From assembly GCF_009914755.1 (NCBI RefSeq), contig NC_060930.1: a DNA stretch of 64,000 nt; one strand, given 5' to 3'. This DNA comes from the human T2T-CHM13v2.0 reference genome, Homo sapiens. Position numbers and translations under genes: made by a program. Below, one piece after another: positions 13,531 to 30,346 of the stretch (within the stretch, counting starts at the first letter, position 1; each line of letters opens with the position of its first letter). Under the pieces are notes generated by a model. It saw only the letters and a list, made by a program, of their open reading frames with translations. It did not search any database and was not told the origin of the DNA.

Positions 13531-14507
13531 TAACCAATGAAGGAAAAGAGAAAGCTAAAAACTACACGTTCAGCGTTTAAGGGCCAGTCTTATTGACCAG
13601 GACTCAGTCACACAGACCCAAATTAAAACCAGTGGAGACTGGGAAATGAAATATTTCTACGGGTCCATGAAAAAGAAAATGAAATGGGATTTAGTGGACG
13701 CATAGCATTACTTCTGCCATCACACATATGATGAATGAAGGCTCATGCATGACATCTTCCCACAGTCACATAATTCTAAATAGCTGAGCTGTTACATGGC
13801 CACTTCCTGGTGGAAGAAGGTCTAGGGTGCAAGTAACAGTGACATTATTGTAAAAATAACCTTGAATCTACACTAATTTTTTTAAAAGAACCTTTACAAA
13901 CTTTGGCTATTAACACACTATAAAACAACCCACATGGGACATACCTCACAACTAACTGCTGCACACCTGTGTTTTGAAATTACACAGCAATTGTCACTCT
14001 TCCATCTCTCCCCATGTTTCAAGAGGTCCTTTCTAAAATGTAAATCTGATCACATTAATCCCCTAATTACTCCTCAGTACCTCCCCCATACCTATAAGAT
14101 AAAGTACTGCCAATTCTCTTGCATGACACAGAAGGTACTCTATGACCTGGCCCAGTCCACCTCTCACAGTATTCCAACCCACCATCCTCCCTCCCTGTTA
14201 CCAGTATCAATGCCATGCCTAACTGGTTCTCACAATCTGGGACTTTGCTTATGCTTCCTGCTTACCTGGAATAGCCTTAGTCTTCCCATTTCTCATCATC
14301 ATTAAACTGATGAAAATATCAACACTTTTTTTAAAATCAGATTAAGCAAAAAGACATCTCTGGAGATGGAATTTGAGGAACCATTCTTAACATGTTCCCC
14401 AGTTGATTTTGATGCATCCTCTCCAGCAGCCATCCATTGACCAGCCTCTGGGAACCACTGATGGAGAAGCAGCTAGAGATGCTATCTCGGAATACAGATG
14501 AAGATTA

Positions 14508-15105
<598 letters not shown>

Positions 15106-15609
15106 ATTGATCTTAGATAAAGATAGGGAACAGAGATAAAATTATGTGAAAAAAAGAAATTTCAAGTAAGAAACCTGAAAAAATTAAGGAGACAATAAGG
15201 AAAGTCTTAATGGGAAAAAAAAGATTCCTGGGTTGGAATTTAAGTGCATCTGAAAACTAGGTTTAGACAAATTAATTTTAAAAGGCTATAACCAAAACAT
15301 ATTCAACAATTTTTTTAATTTTAAAAATAAAGAACATAAAAGACTCATATCTGGAAGGAATATATAAAATATCTCATCAGGAACCAAAATTATATTGACA
15401 TCAGACTTTTTTACATAACACTGAGAGGTAATAAAGTAAAATTTTCAAAGCACTAAAAGGGAGAAAGTAAAGATCAGGCAGCATCTGCTCAGGCAAGTCT
15501 TCCTTGACAACCCAATGAATGATAAATGTGTAATATTTTGTTGAGTTGCATACTTATGGGTTGTGCATTTTTCTGTATGTATGTAATAGCTTAAATTCTG
15601 CTTACGTTT

Positions 15610-16520
15610 GACTGCTAGTTTCAGATGTCAACTTGACTGGATTAAGGGATATCCAAATAGCTGGTAATATGGTTTGGCTCTATGTCCTCACCCAAATCTC
15701 ATCTCAAATTGTAAGCCCCACGTGTCGAGGGAGGGACCTGGTGAGGGGTGATTGGATCATGGGGGTGATTTCCCCCATGCTGTTCTCATGATAGTGAGTG
15801 AGTTCTCAAGAGATCTGATTGTTTAAAAGTGTCTGGCAGTTTCCCCTTCACTCTCTTTCTCTCCTGCCGCCATGTAAGATGTGGCTTGCTTCTCCTTAGC
15901 CTTCCACCATGATTGTAAGTTTCCTGAGGCCTCCCCAGCCATGCAGAACTGTGAGTCAATTCAACGTCTTTCCTATAAAAACCACCCAGTCTCACATAGT
16001 TCTTTATAGCAGCATGAGAAAAGACTAATACAGAATACAGCTGGTAAAGCATTACGTCTGAGTATGTCTGTGAATGTGTTTCCAGAAGACAGTGGCATTT
16101 AAATCATTGGACTGAGTAAGAAAGATCCACCATCATCCAATGTGGATAGGCACCATCCAATCGGCTAAGGGTGCAGATAAAACAAAAAAGCAAAAGAAAG
16201 GCAAATTTGCTCTCTCTCTCTCTCTCTCTCACTCTCTCTCTCTGCCTCCCTCTCTCCCTCCCTTCTGGAGCAGGGATACCCATCTTCTCCTGCCCTTGGA
16301 CATCAGAACCCCATGTTCTCTGGCCTTCAGACTCCAAGGTTTGTGCCAGTGAACCTCGAGGTCTTAGCCTCACACTGAGAGTTATACCATTGGCTTTCAT
16401 GGTTCTCAGGCCTTGGGACTTGGACTGAGCCATGCTTCAGGATTCTCTGGATCTTCAGCATCTCTGACAGCTTATCATGGAAGTTCTTAGCCTCCATAAC
16501 CGTGTGAGCCATTTCCCCAC
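15610..16520 (+). mobile_element. MLT2 (ERVL) LTR interrupted by THE1D
   Basis: TGTCAACTTGACTGGATTAAGGGAT..AGCTGG resumes at 16045 with TAAAGCATT..GTGTTTCCAGAAGA. Confidence 0.75.
15665..16032 (+). mobile_element. THE1D-like MaLR solo LTR
   Basis: ATATGGTTTGGCTCTATGTCC...GACTAATACA; 5-bp TSD GCTGG at 15660-15664 and 16040-16044. Confidence 0.85.
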
Positions 16521-17157
16521 CTCTGACTGAGAGATGAATCAAAGCTGAGAATTTAAGATGAATCAGTCATGGGCCCTCTGTGAGCACTGAAACTGGGTCT
16601 ACATTGAAATATATCTAAATAATGATTATAAATTCTTTACATGAATCTTAAAGTCAAATTCTTTGCTAAAAAAGAATATCTAAATTATAGGTTAAATGAT
16701 ATTATTTAACCTATACAATAATATTATATAACTATACTTAAGATATTACCATCATTTAAGTCCATACTCGAGATAATAACCATCATCTAAGTCCATAATC
16801 CAAGATTCTGCAAAATAAGCAAAAAAAAATAAGGGTGGAAAGGAGTGACAGGGTAGAAATCATGAAATTCCTCTGCCTCAGTGGAGTAAAATCAAGTTAT
16901 TGCTCCATTCTTGGCTTTGATAAGTAGACAATTTAAAAGTGACCTAATGTGATAAATAAGGCTAAAAATCTAAAGGTAACCATCAATATATATATATAAA
17001 ACAAATTGGAATTCCTATAAATCTCAACACAGGATATAAAGAAACCAAATAATGCTCAAAAACCAAAACAAAAAAAAACTGAAAGAAAGCACAGAAAACA
17101 TAAACAAGAGACAATATGAGTAAATATTTGTAATTCTCCTATTAAAAAACAGAGTCC

Positions 17158-17462
17158 AGCTGGGCACACTGGCTCACGCCTGTAATCCCAACACTTTGGG
17201 AGGCCGAGGTGGGCAGATCACCAGGCCAGGAGATAGAGACCATCCTGGCTAACAGGGTGAAACCCCGCCTCTACTAAAAATACAAAAAATTAGCCGGGCG
17301 TGGTGGTGGGCGCCTGTAGTCCCAGCTACTCAGGAGGCTGAGGCAGGAGAATGTCGTGAACCCAGGAGGCAGAGCTTGCAGTGAGCCAAGATCGCACCAC
17401 CACAGTCCAGCCTGGGCAACAGAGTGAGACTCCGTCCCAAAAAAAAAAAAAAAAAAAAAAAG
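17158..17462 (+). mobile_element. Alu (Y/Sc-type)
   Basis: Full dimer with poly(A); TSD AACAGAGTCC at 17148-17157 and 17463-17472. Confidence 0.95.
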
Positions 17463-17485
17463 AACAGAGTCCCAAATTTAAGTAC

Positions 17486-18103
<618 letters not shown>

Positions 18104-18963
18104 TATCCTAAAAATACTGTGATATTTTTAGATTTTTAAAAAATTAAGTGCTTAGGCAAGGTGCAGTGGCTAATGCCTATAAGCCACTAAGGATAAGAAA
18201 TATCCCAATTTCTTAACTCCACAGTATTTTTAGATTTTTAAAAATTAAGAAATATCCCAATTTCTTAACTCCACACTATCCTTAAAATAACATAGAAAGT
18301 TTAAAAATAAAGGGGTAGGCAAAGAAATATATCAAGCAAATGCATACTAGCAGAAATCAAGATAACATCAATATCAGAAAACATAAATTTAGAATCATTA
18401 AATGGGAAAGAAATGTTACATCATTTTGGTAAGATTTAGATTGGTAATGAAAAAAAGTTGATAAAATTTATGCACAGGATAACTTTTAAATGTTTAAGTC
18501 AAAATATAGCAAAAAAAAGTTTTAATACAGAGACATTATTATTATTTAACATTGTGTGGAAGTCCTGCCCAGCAGTGAAACAAACATTGGAGAGAAAGAC
18601 ACAAAATTATGATTATTTGCAGAGAATATCATTACACACCTAGAGAAAAAAAAATGAGTAAATCAAGAGGAAAACCATTAGAGAATGCTCAGAAACTGGC
18701 TAGCTACAAAATAAATATTTTTAAATCATTTGCCTGTATAGTGGTAATAACAAGTCTAAAAACATAACGCAAAAATTATCATCCATTACGGAAAAACAAA
18801 AGACTGAAATACCTGGAAATAGCCTTATTAAAATATGAGAGAGACGTATATAGAGAGAACTACGAAATAATGAATTACTTTAAATAACTTGAATAAATGG
18901 TCAGAAATACAATGTTCACAGAAGGCAAGATTACATGCACAAAAAAGAAAACAATTATTTTCT

Positions 18964-19136
18964 CTTTTTTTTCTTTTTTAGAGACAAGGTCTTGCTATGT
19001 TGCCAAGGCTGGCGTGCAGTGGCTATTCACTTCACAATCACAGCCCATTACAGCCTAGATTTTCTGGTGTCAAGCAATCCTCCTGCCTCAGCCTCCTGAG
19101 TAGCTGGGACTACAGGCACACTCCACCATGCCAAGC
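18964..19136 (-). mobile_element. FAM (fossil Alu monomer) within old L1M fragments
   Basis: TTGCTATGTTGCC..GGCTGG..TGCAGTGGCTATTCAC is the 7SL/FAM-type sequence. Confidence 0.75.
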
Positions 19137-20224
19137 TTCTAATTTGTTTCTGTGTCTAATGCAATACCAAACAAATTCTTATTGGTAAGGTTTAATGCGG
19201 TAATGTAGCAAATTTCTAAAACTCTTCTGAGAAGATTTAAATCATCAGAGACCTGTCCTCAGGGAGTGAAACAGTTTAAAGTTGGCATTTTTAAAAAATA
19301 ATGAGATGTGAGAATAGAAAACTCAATGAACAAATTAAATAACTCAGAATATACCATGGGTATATACGAAGAATCTAAAATATAGTAAAAGTAAACTGTC
19401 ATCACAAAATGGTATAATGAGGAATTATTTAGTGAATAGCTTTGGGTTTCTTTATTGGTTAGCTATTTGGAAGAGAGAGAAAATCAAAGTATAGCTGTCC
19501 ATTACATCATGCATTCAAAAGAACTTCAGCTAGATTACAGAAGTGAGAGAAAAATCCTAAACTGGCAGACAGGAAGCTGAGGACCAGCCCATTTCACGCC
19601 ATCAATTCTCCAAAGGCTAAGGCCCTAGCAGCACCAGGTTCTGCAGAGCAGGAGCTGGGAATACAGGGGGAAGAGGGAGATTTAGAGGGCCAGTGTGAAA
19701 GTTGTTTGAGCAACAACTCAATCCCCAACTTTTCTTCCCAGCACTCCACTGCTAGGCAAATGCTCCTCCCAATTCTACCAGAAAATTGGCAGTTTATCTC
19801 TGAAGAGGGTAAAACAGAGGGCCTTTGGATTGGGGTCTACCAGCATGGGTGAGGGTGTGGGACCACCAAAAACAGAAGGATCAAGTGGTCATATAGATTC
19901 TGAATGCCAAGGATGATCCCACCCTCAGGCCCCTTTACTCCTCAGTTTCCATAACTCTAACAAGACCTTTTCCTTCTGGCAAGAGGTTGAAGAATCTGAT
20001 CATCCCTAAAGGAAGGAAAAGACTAAATATATTTAGAGGGGGCTCCCCACAAATGGCCCACCCAGATCAACCCATAGTGAAGGTCAGAATCCCCAAATTT
20101 CCCCACACACACTGAATCCCCAAATTTCCCCACATCAGCTTTTATTTTAATCTTGAGCAGACCCCTGAGAAAATTGAACATGAAGACAGATACAAAAATA
20201 AGCAAAGAGAAAAGGGCATTAGGA

Positions 20225-20530
20225 GGCCAGGTGCAGTGGCTCATGCCTATAATCCCAGTACTTTGGGAGGCTGAGGCAGGTGGACCACCTCAGGTCAGGA
20301 GTTCAAGACCAGCCTGGCCAACATGGTGAGACCCCATCTCCACTAAAAATACAAAAATTAGCCGGGCTGGGTGGTGTGCACCTGTAATCCCAGCTACTCG
20401 GGAGGCTGAGGCAAGAGAATTGCTTGAGCCCGGGAGGCAGAGGTGTAGTGAGCCAAGATTGTGCCACTGCACTCCAGCCTGGCCAACAAAGTGAAACACT
20501 GTCTCAAAAAAGAAAAAAGAAAAGAAGAGA
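20225..20530 (+). mobile_element. Alu (Sx/Sq-type)
   Basis: Full dimer. TSD AAGGGCATTAGGA at 20212-20224 and 21629-21641; the second copy is displaced by the MER11 insertion. Confidence 0.95.
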
Positions 20531-20545
20531 AGAGGAAAGGAAAGA

Positions 20546-21555
20546 TATTGGAGGAACCAACCCCCAATATTTCAACATAGCTTCTTTTCTATTTTCCCTA
20601 AGTGTCGGCCGGTCTGAGAAATAAAGAGAAATAGTACAAAAGAGAGAAATTTTACAGCTGGGCCTCCGGGGGTGACATCACCTATTGGTAAGTTCCGTAA
20701 TGCCCCTTGAGCTGCAAAACCAGCAAGTTTTTATAAGGGATTTCAAAAGGGGAGAGGGGTACAAACAGGGAGTAAGTCATAAAGATTGCATGCTTGAAAG
20801 GGCAATAAAAGATCACAGGGGCAGAGAGGCAGAGCAAGATCACAAGTCTAGGGTGAAATTAGAATTACTGATGAGGTTCCATGTCCTGCTGGGCACGCAT
20901 TGTCATTGATAAACATCTTAACAGGAAACAGAGTTCGAAAGCAGACAACGGTTCTGACTAGAATTCACCGGGCTGGAATTTCCTAATCCTAGCAAGCCTG
21001 AGGGCACTGCAGGAAACCAGGGCGTATTTCATCCCTTATCTTCAACCTCATAAGACACACTCCCAGAGTGGCCATTTATAGACCTCCCCCTGGGAATGCA
21101 TTCCTTTCCCAGGGTTATTCCTTGCTGGGAAAAGAATTCAGTGATATTTCTCCTATTCACTTTCTGCAAGAAGAGAAATATGACTCTATTCTGCCCAGCC
21201 CCACAGGCAGTCAGACCTTATGGTTATCTCCCTTGTTCCCTGAAAATCGCTGTTATCCCGTTCTTTTTTAGGATGCCCAGATTTCATATTGTTCAAACAC
21301 ACATGTTTTACAAACAATTTGTACAGATAACGCAATCATCACAGGGTCCTGAGGCAACATACATCCTCAGCTTACGAACATGACGGGATTAAGAGATTAA
21401 AGTAAAGACAAGCATAGGAAATTATAAAAGTATTAATTTGAGGAACTAATAAACGTCCATGAAATCTTCACGATTTATGTTCTTCTGCCGCGGCTTCAGC
21501 CATTCCCTCCGTTCGGGGTCCCTGACTTCCCACAACATCCTGACTTCCCACAACA
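20546..21555 (-). mobile_element. MER11 solo LTR (HERV-K11/HML-8)
   Basis: Reverse complement begins TGTTGTGGGAAGTCAGGGACCCCGAACGGAGGGA...GAAGAACATAAATCGTGAAGATTTCATGGAC and ends GTTGAAATATTGGGGGTTGGTTCCTCCAATA; flanked by GAAAG(A/G). Confidence 0.88.
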
Positions 21556-21641
21556 GAAAGGAAAGGAGGGGAGGGGAGGGGAGGGAGGAGGGAAAAGGAA
21601 AGAGGAAGGGGAAGGGAAAGGGAAAGGGAAGGGCATTAGGA

Positions 21642-22450
21642 GGAAATAGAAAGTATGCAAGAAAAAAAAGCCTCAAAAATATAATTAATATCCTCAGATA
21701 GAGAAGATCCTTGAAATCAAAATAGGATACTACTTTAAAAAGGGAAATATCAAAAATAAAAAAAAGATTATCTTGGAAATTAAAAACACCATAACTGAAA
21801 TGAAACAGTCAATAGAATCCTGGAAGAGAAAGTTGAAAACATCTTCCAAAAAGTAGAGCAGAAAGATTAAAATATGGGAGAAAAGATCAGGGGTCCTATC
21901 CAGGAAGAACTACTGTATATCAGAATAGAAAGTGAGTAATGGAGTAAAACAGTGAGTAATGGAGGAGAGGAAATCAGTAACTAAACACATGAAAGAAAAT
22001 CCCCAGAACTGAAGAATATGAGTTGCCAGAGAAAGACTCATCAACTGTCTAAATGAAGCACTCACACCAAGCCACATCTTAGTGAAATTTCAGAATACTG
22101 AAGGCAAACAGAAAATTCTACAGGCTTCTTGGGAGAAAAACAGATCAAGTACAAAGGGCCAGGAATCAGAATACCTTCAGAATTCTCAACAATGACCCTA
22201 GAACCTAGAACAGAGTGGAAAAATGTACTCAAAATTCCAAAGGAAAATTATTTCCAAGATAAAACTCCAAACATCATGAAACTATATGACTAAGGGAGAA
22301 AAAAGACATTTTCAGATAAGCAAGATCTCAAATAATTTGCCTCCCATGCAACCTTTCTTGTGAAACTACTTGAGGATGTGCTCCATCAAAACAAGATAGT
22401 AAACCAAGACATAGGAAGATATGAAGTACAGGAAACAGAGTCAACAGAGG
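21642..22450 (+). mobile_element. Old L1M ORF1-region remnant
   Basis: A-rich degenerate ORF1-like sequence (CCCAGAACTGAAG, GTGAAATTTCAGAA, GGAATCAGAAT, TTCTCAACA). Confidence 0.6.
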
Positions 22451-23450
22451 AAGGAGAATAAGGAATTTCCCTCCAGGATGGCAAAGGAGATCCCAGGGTG
22501 ATAGCTGCACCAGGAGTCGAGAGTACCCAGTCTAGATTGGAGCTGTGTGATTCAAGAGACAGACATGTTAAAGGATGTTTGAGCAATACCCCTGAAGCCA
22601 TGGAATAGTTTTGTGAATCTGAGGACAGAATGGCCAGGTAAGCCTATCCAAGGTTCTTACCTGTCCTTGGCTTCCCTTGGTTATAAGCTGATGAATTTCC
22701 TCTTATCTTCTCCTTGCCCCACTGCCTGGATTAAAGGCACTCATTTCCCCTTCAACCACCAAAATATCTGTGTGGACTTACCTTTGAAAACCAGAAATTA
22801 AGTAAGGTATGTTCAGAAACGGAAAATGCAGAGCACCCTGCTCACTTTGACCCCATTTCGGGTGGAAATTAAGAACCTGCATTTTCGGTTAAGGTAGGCT
22901 AAAGGGCTGAAGGACAGACCCAGACAGAAGTTTCTCACCCACATAATAGTTCAAGTGAGGTGTTCCTAGTGGGCATGTCTCCTCCATGTGGGGATTCCAG
23001 AACTCAGTCTCCTTTTCATCTCACAGATGTAGGGGAGCTGGGAAAGGAGGTCCCTGGAAGAGCAGATGCATCCCAAATAGAACTTTACACTGGATTCTGG
23101 GTGAAGCCGGCCAGGTCTTCTTCACTGGCCCTGCCCCATAGCCCTCAGTGTTCCCCCAAGTCTTCCTCATTATCTCCCCAGAAAGTGCTCTTGTAAAATC
23201 TCAGAAAAGCTGAAGCCAGACTATGAGCAAGATAAAGGAAGCAGCTCGGCTCCTGGGAGCCTCGTCTAACAGTGGGAACGTTGCCGTCTCCTAACCAGCT
23301 GGGTTTGTGTTTGCCCATTTGGTTCTTCAAAACTAAGCAACATATCATTTTTTTTACAAAGAATTTATTAAATTAATAAATACTAAAACCTCAGTGAGAA
23401 TAAATGGGTAAACAGCAGAAGTAGACAATTCATTGAAAAAAGAGATACAA

Positions 23451-23630
23451 GGCCAGGCACAGTGGCTCATGCCTGTAATCCCAGCACTTTGAGAGGCCAA
23501 GACAGGTGGATCATCTGAGGTCAGGAGTTCGAGAGTAGCCAAAAATTAGCTGGGCATGGTGGTGCGTGCCTGTAGTCATGGCTACTTGGGAGACTGAGGC
23601 AGGAACACCACTTGAACTGGGAGGCAAAGG
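23451..23630 (+). mobile_element. Alu with internal deletion, 3'-truncated
   Basis: The left arm jumps from GAGAGTAGCC directly to AAAAATTAGC; the element ends at GGAGGCAAAGG. Confidence 0.85.
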
Positions 23631-24099
23631 AGCAACATATCATTTAAGGATGGAAACACAGGTGTGATACAGCTATAAAGAAAAGCAAGGAAAAGTTGGA
23701 CACAAAAGTCAGGATAGTGGTTCCTCCTAGAGGAAAAAGAGGGAGAAAAAAGGGGCACCAGGGCTTCAAGGTTCTGGCAAGGTTTCACTTCCCAACCCAC
23801 ATGCTGTGCTGTCTGGTGTTTGGGTTTGTTGTTTTTCCAATTTTTAAATCCCTTGTATATTTCAGTCATTTTTTTGCATATATGAAATACTTTAAAATTA
23901 GAAGTTTTTAAAGCTGGGGAAGAAACCACAGAGAAAAAGAACAATAGATTTAGCTACACAAAACTGTAAATCGTCTGTATGTTAAACATTAAACAGAAAG
24001 GCTAACAACAAATTGAAAAAATATTTGCCACAAATGCTACAAGTGATTAATATCCAGGGTATGAACTATAAACCTGAATACTAAACACAATCCCATCTC

Positions 24100-24460
24100 A
24101 CAGCCTTTGTTGTTTCTCCTTGCTCTTCCCTCGGCCAGGTACATTCTTCCACTGACAGCCTGATGAACAACTGTCTCCCTTCATTTGTGCAAATGTCACC
24201 TTCTCAGGGAGCTACTTCTGACTGGCCACCCTGGCACTCCCTTTCCAAATTCCCAAATTTATTTTTCTCTGTGACATTCATGTCCTTCTCATATCTATTT
24301 AATTTATTTATTCTGTTTTTGTCTATCTCTCTCCACCAGAATGAGAGCTCCATGCGGGCAGAAATTTTTGTCTGCTTTGTTCAATGCTGTGTCCCTAGTG
24401 CCTAGAACAGTATCTGGCACATGGTAGGTGCTCAATAAATACTTGTTGAATGAATAAATG
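24100..24460 (+). mobile_element. L2 3' end
   Basis: GAGCTCCATG...CCCTAGTGCCTAGAACAG...GGTGCTCAATAAATACTTGTTGAATGAA. Confidence 0.8.
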
Positions 24461-25007
24461 AATATGAAAAGTCCACGATAATTGATAACACAAGCATTAA
24501 GAACACCTGCTGAAAGAACAAAAGATACAAATAAACAGTTTATGTAACATAAGGCATAAAAATGTCTTAGAAGCACATGGATAAATATTATCACTAATAA
24601 ACAAATTCATATGTAACAATCTTTTTTTTTAGCTTCAATGTAACAATCTTTTGTCTATCAAATTAGTAAAACTTGTTTTTTAACTGTAGTAAACAGCATT
24701 GGCAAGAATATGTTAACTGAGCAATTACTCACTGCTAATAAGTATAAATGAGTACAACATTCTGAAAAGCAATTTTATAACTTAATTCAAGAGCCTTAAA
24801 AGTGTTCATGCTTTCTGGCCCAGTAATTACACGTCTAGAAAGTTATCATAACAAAATAATTTAAAACATATAAAGAGAGAGACAAAACTGTGAATAAAAC
24901 TTCCATAGCATTTGAAATAAGACATTGAAAAAAACAGAAAACTAATATGTAAAATTCCAGTAAGAGGAATGGACAATTTTTACTTTTTCTTTATAATTTC
25001 TTTTTTT

Positions 25008-27107
<2,100 letters not shown>

Positions 27108-27173
27108 TTATATGATCATCTATTTATTTTAAAATGGGGAGTGCTGTTCATGATCCGAAAATTGGCAGCTTTA

Positions 27174-27840
<667 letters not shown>

Positions 27841-28937
27841 AAGTTATTTTCATTCTTAAATAAGTTATTTTCATTTTCATTCCAATGAATGGAAAAAATG
27901 AGATTATTTAAAAATGGCTCCAAGACAGAATCAACATCTGAAACCTAAAACCTCAGTCCAAATAACAAAGAGAAAACAAAAACAGGCCACCATGTCTATA
28001 GGCTATTGCATCCCCTGGTGGCAGCATACTCAAATAGACAAACGGTAAAGTGAAAACCTAGTCAAACTGGAAGAAAACTATAAAATCTAGCAAATACTTT
28101 AAAAACAAAGCTTCATCTTCAGATATCAGGAAAAAGATCTCATACACACAAAGCAATGCTAAAACATATGCTTTCATCTTTTTATGTTGTCAACATCAGC
28201 ACCCTAGGATTAAAGACCTGGAGCCACATATACTGTGTTCTATGTCACTATTAAGTAACCATTCATGTTGAAGGACTCAACAAGTCTACTTCGAGACATA
28301 AATTTTCCAAATGGATTATTGATCAAATGAAATCACGACTGTCCCATCTCCATCATTTCCTGAGCCTTGGGGTGTCTCAAGTGACAAATAAATCCAACAG
28401 GATCAAAAAAAAATTATGGTGGCATGGCAGAGGTGGGGACACAGGAGGAAATTGGGTTCAGAAGCTTTTAAATATCAAAATACCATGAACTGAAATGCTC
28501 GGATAGTAATAGTAATTTTCTACCTCTCAAATTGGGAAAGATTTTAAAATATCATTACTTACACCCACTCTAATCAAGCTCTCACCCTGTCATTACCTCA
28601 AAACAGCTCCCACTAGCATCACTAATGACTATCATATTGCCAAATTCTATGGTCATTTCTCAGTCCTCACCTTACTCTTCTCTCAGCAATGTTTGAAACC
28701 CACGAGCTCACCTTCCTTCTTTCTCTTATTTCCCCAGCTCTTATTCTATGGCTGACCTTTCTGCCAGCAAGTTTTCCTTGTGTTTAAAAGCACTACGATT
28801 GAAGCATAAATGACAAATGGAAAGATGAAATACAGAAGCCCCACACTTACAAGCCCTTCCATATGCCAGGCATGTTCCTTAGGTTATCATATTTAGCCCT
28901 CATGGCCTCCCTCCCTTTGTCTGCAACATCAAGAAAT

Positions 28938-29350
28938 TCATACAATGTTCTCACATATTTGTGGGACCTAAAAATTAAAACAATGGAACTTATGGACATA
29001 AAGAGCAAAATGGTTACCAGAGGCTGGGAAGGGAAGTAGAGTGGGATGGGGGGAGGTGGGGATGGTTAGTGGGTACCAAAAAACCAAAAAGGACAAATAA
29101 GACCTACTATTTGATAGCATAACAGACAATGGACAATAATAACTTAACTGTACATTTTCAAATAACTATAAGAGTATAATTCAAGTGTTTATAACACAAA
29201 GGATAAATGCTTGAAGGGTTGGATACCCCATTCTCCATAATGTGATTATTATATATTGCATGCCTGTATCAAAACATCTCATATACCCCATAAATATATG
29301 CACCTACTATGTATCCATAAAAGTTAAAAATACAATTTTAATAAAATTTT
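28938..29350 (+). mobile_element. L1MA-type 3' end
   Basis: ATGTTCTCAC..TGGTTACCAGAGGCTGGGAAGGG..ACCCCATAAATATATGCACCTACTATGTA followed by an A-rich tail. Confidence 0.8.
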
Positions 29351-29935
29351 TTAATAAATAAATTTTGAAACAAAAAAATGGAAAAAAGAAATGCATACCT
29401 TTGATGGATTCCTGAGTCATGGACCTCACCAACTTTCCTCTCCGCCTTCTTCTTCAGGCTGCATGGTTGGAAGGCCATGTCTGCAGGCTTCTTCCAGGCT
29501 ACCAGCCAGAAAGTCTGAACTAATTTCCTGGAGGGAAAACAAAGGCCCCACCTTGAACAAATCCCAAGGCCAAGGGAAATCCTTGCTTCCCGCATTTCTA
29601 CAGCTGCCCCACCTCCAAGTGTGGCTCATACCCCCACCTGTGAACCCAGTACACCCGGCTGGATTTCACGGTGGGAGGATGGCCTTTTTCCCTGAGTATC
29701 AATGTTTTGGGCTCTGAAAGATTCTCAAAGTGTCCACCAAGAAGCCCTGTCTTATAGACCTACTGCAGGCCTGCTCTGGATAAACTTGTGAATGAGATGA
29801 AATCCAGCTTCTTTTGGCCCATTCAGTGATCCTTTTCCCCAGCATTTTGTCAACTGGCTGTTGACTGCAGTTTACCTTGCTAACTGAGACCATATTTCCA
29901 AAGGGAAAGTACATTAAGACATGAGGGATCTGTGG

Positions 29936-30346
<411 letters not shown>

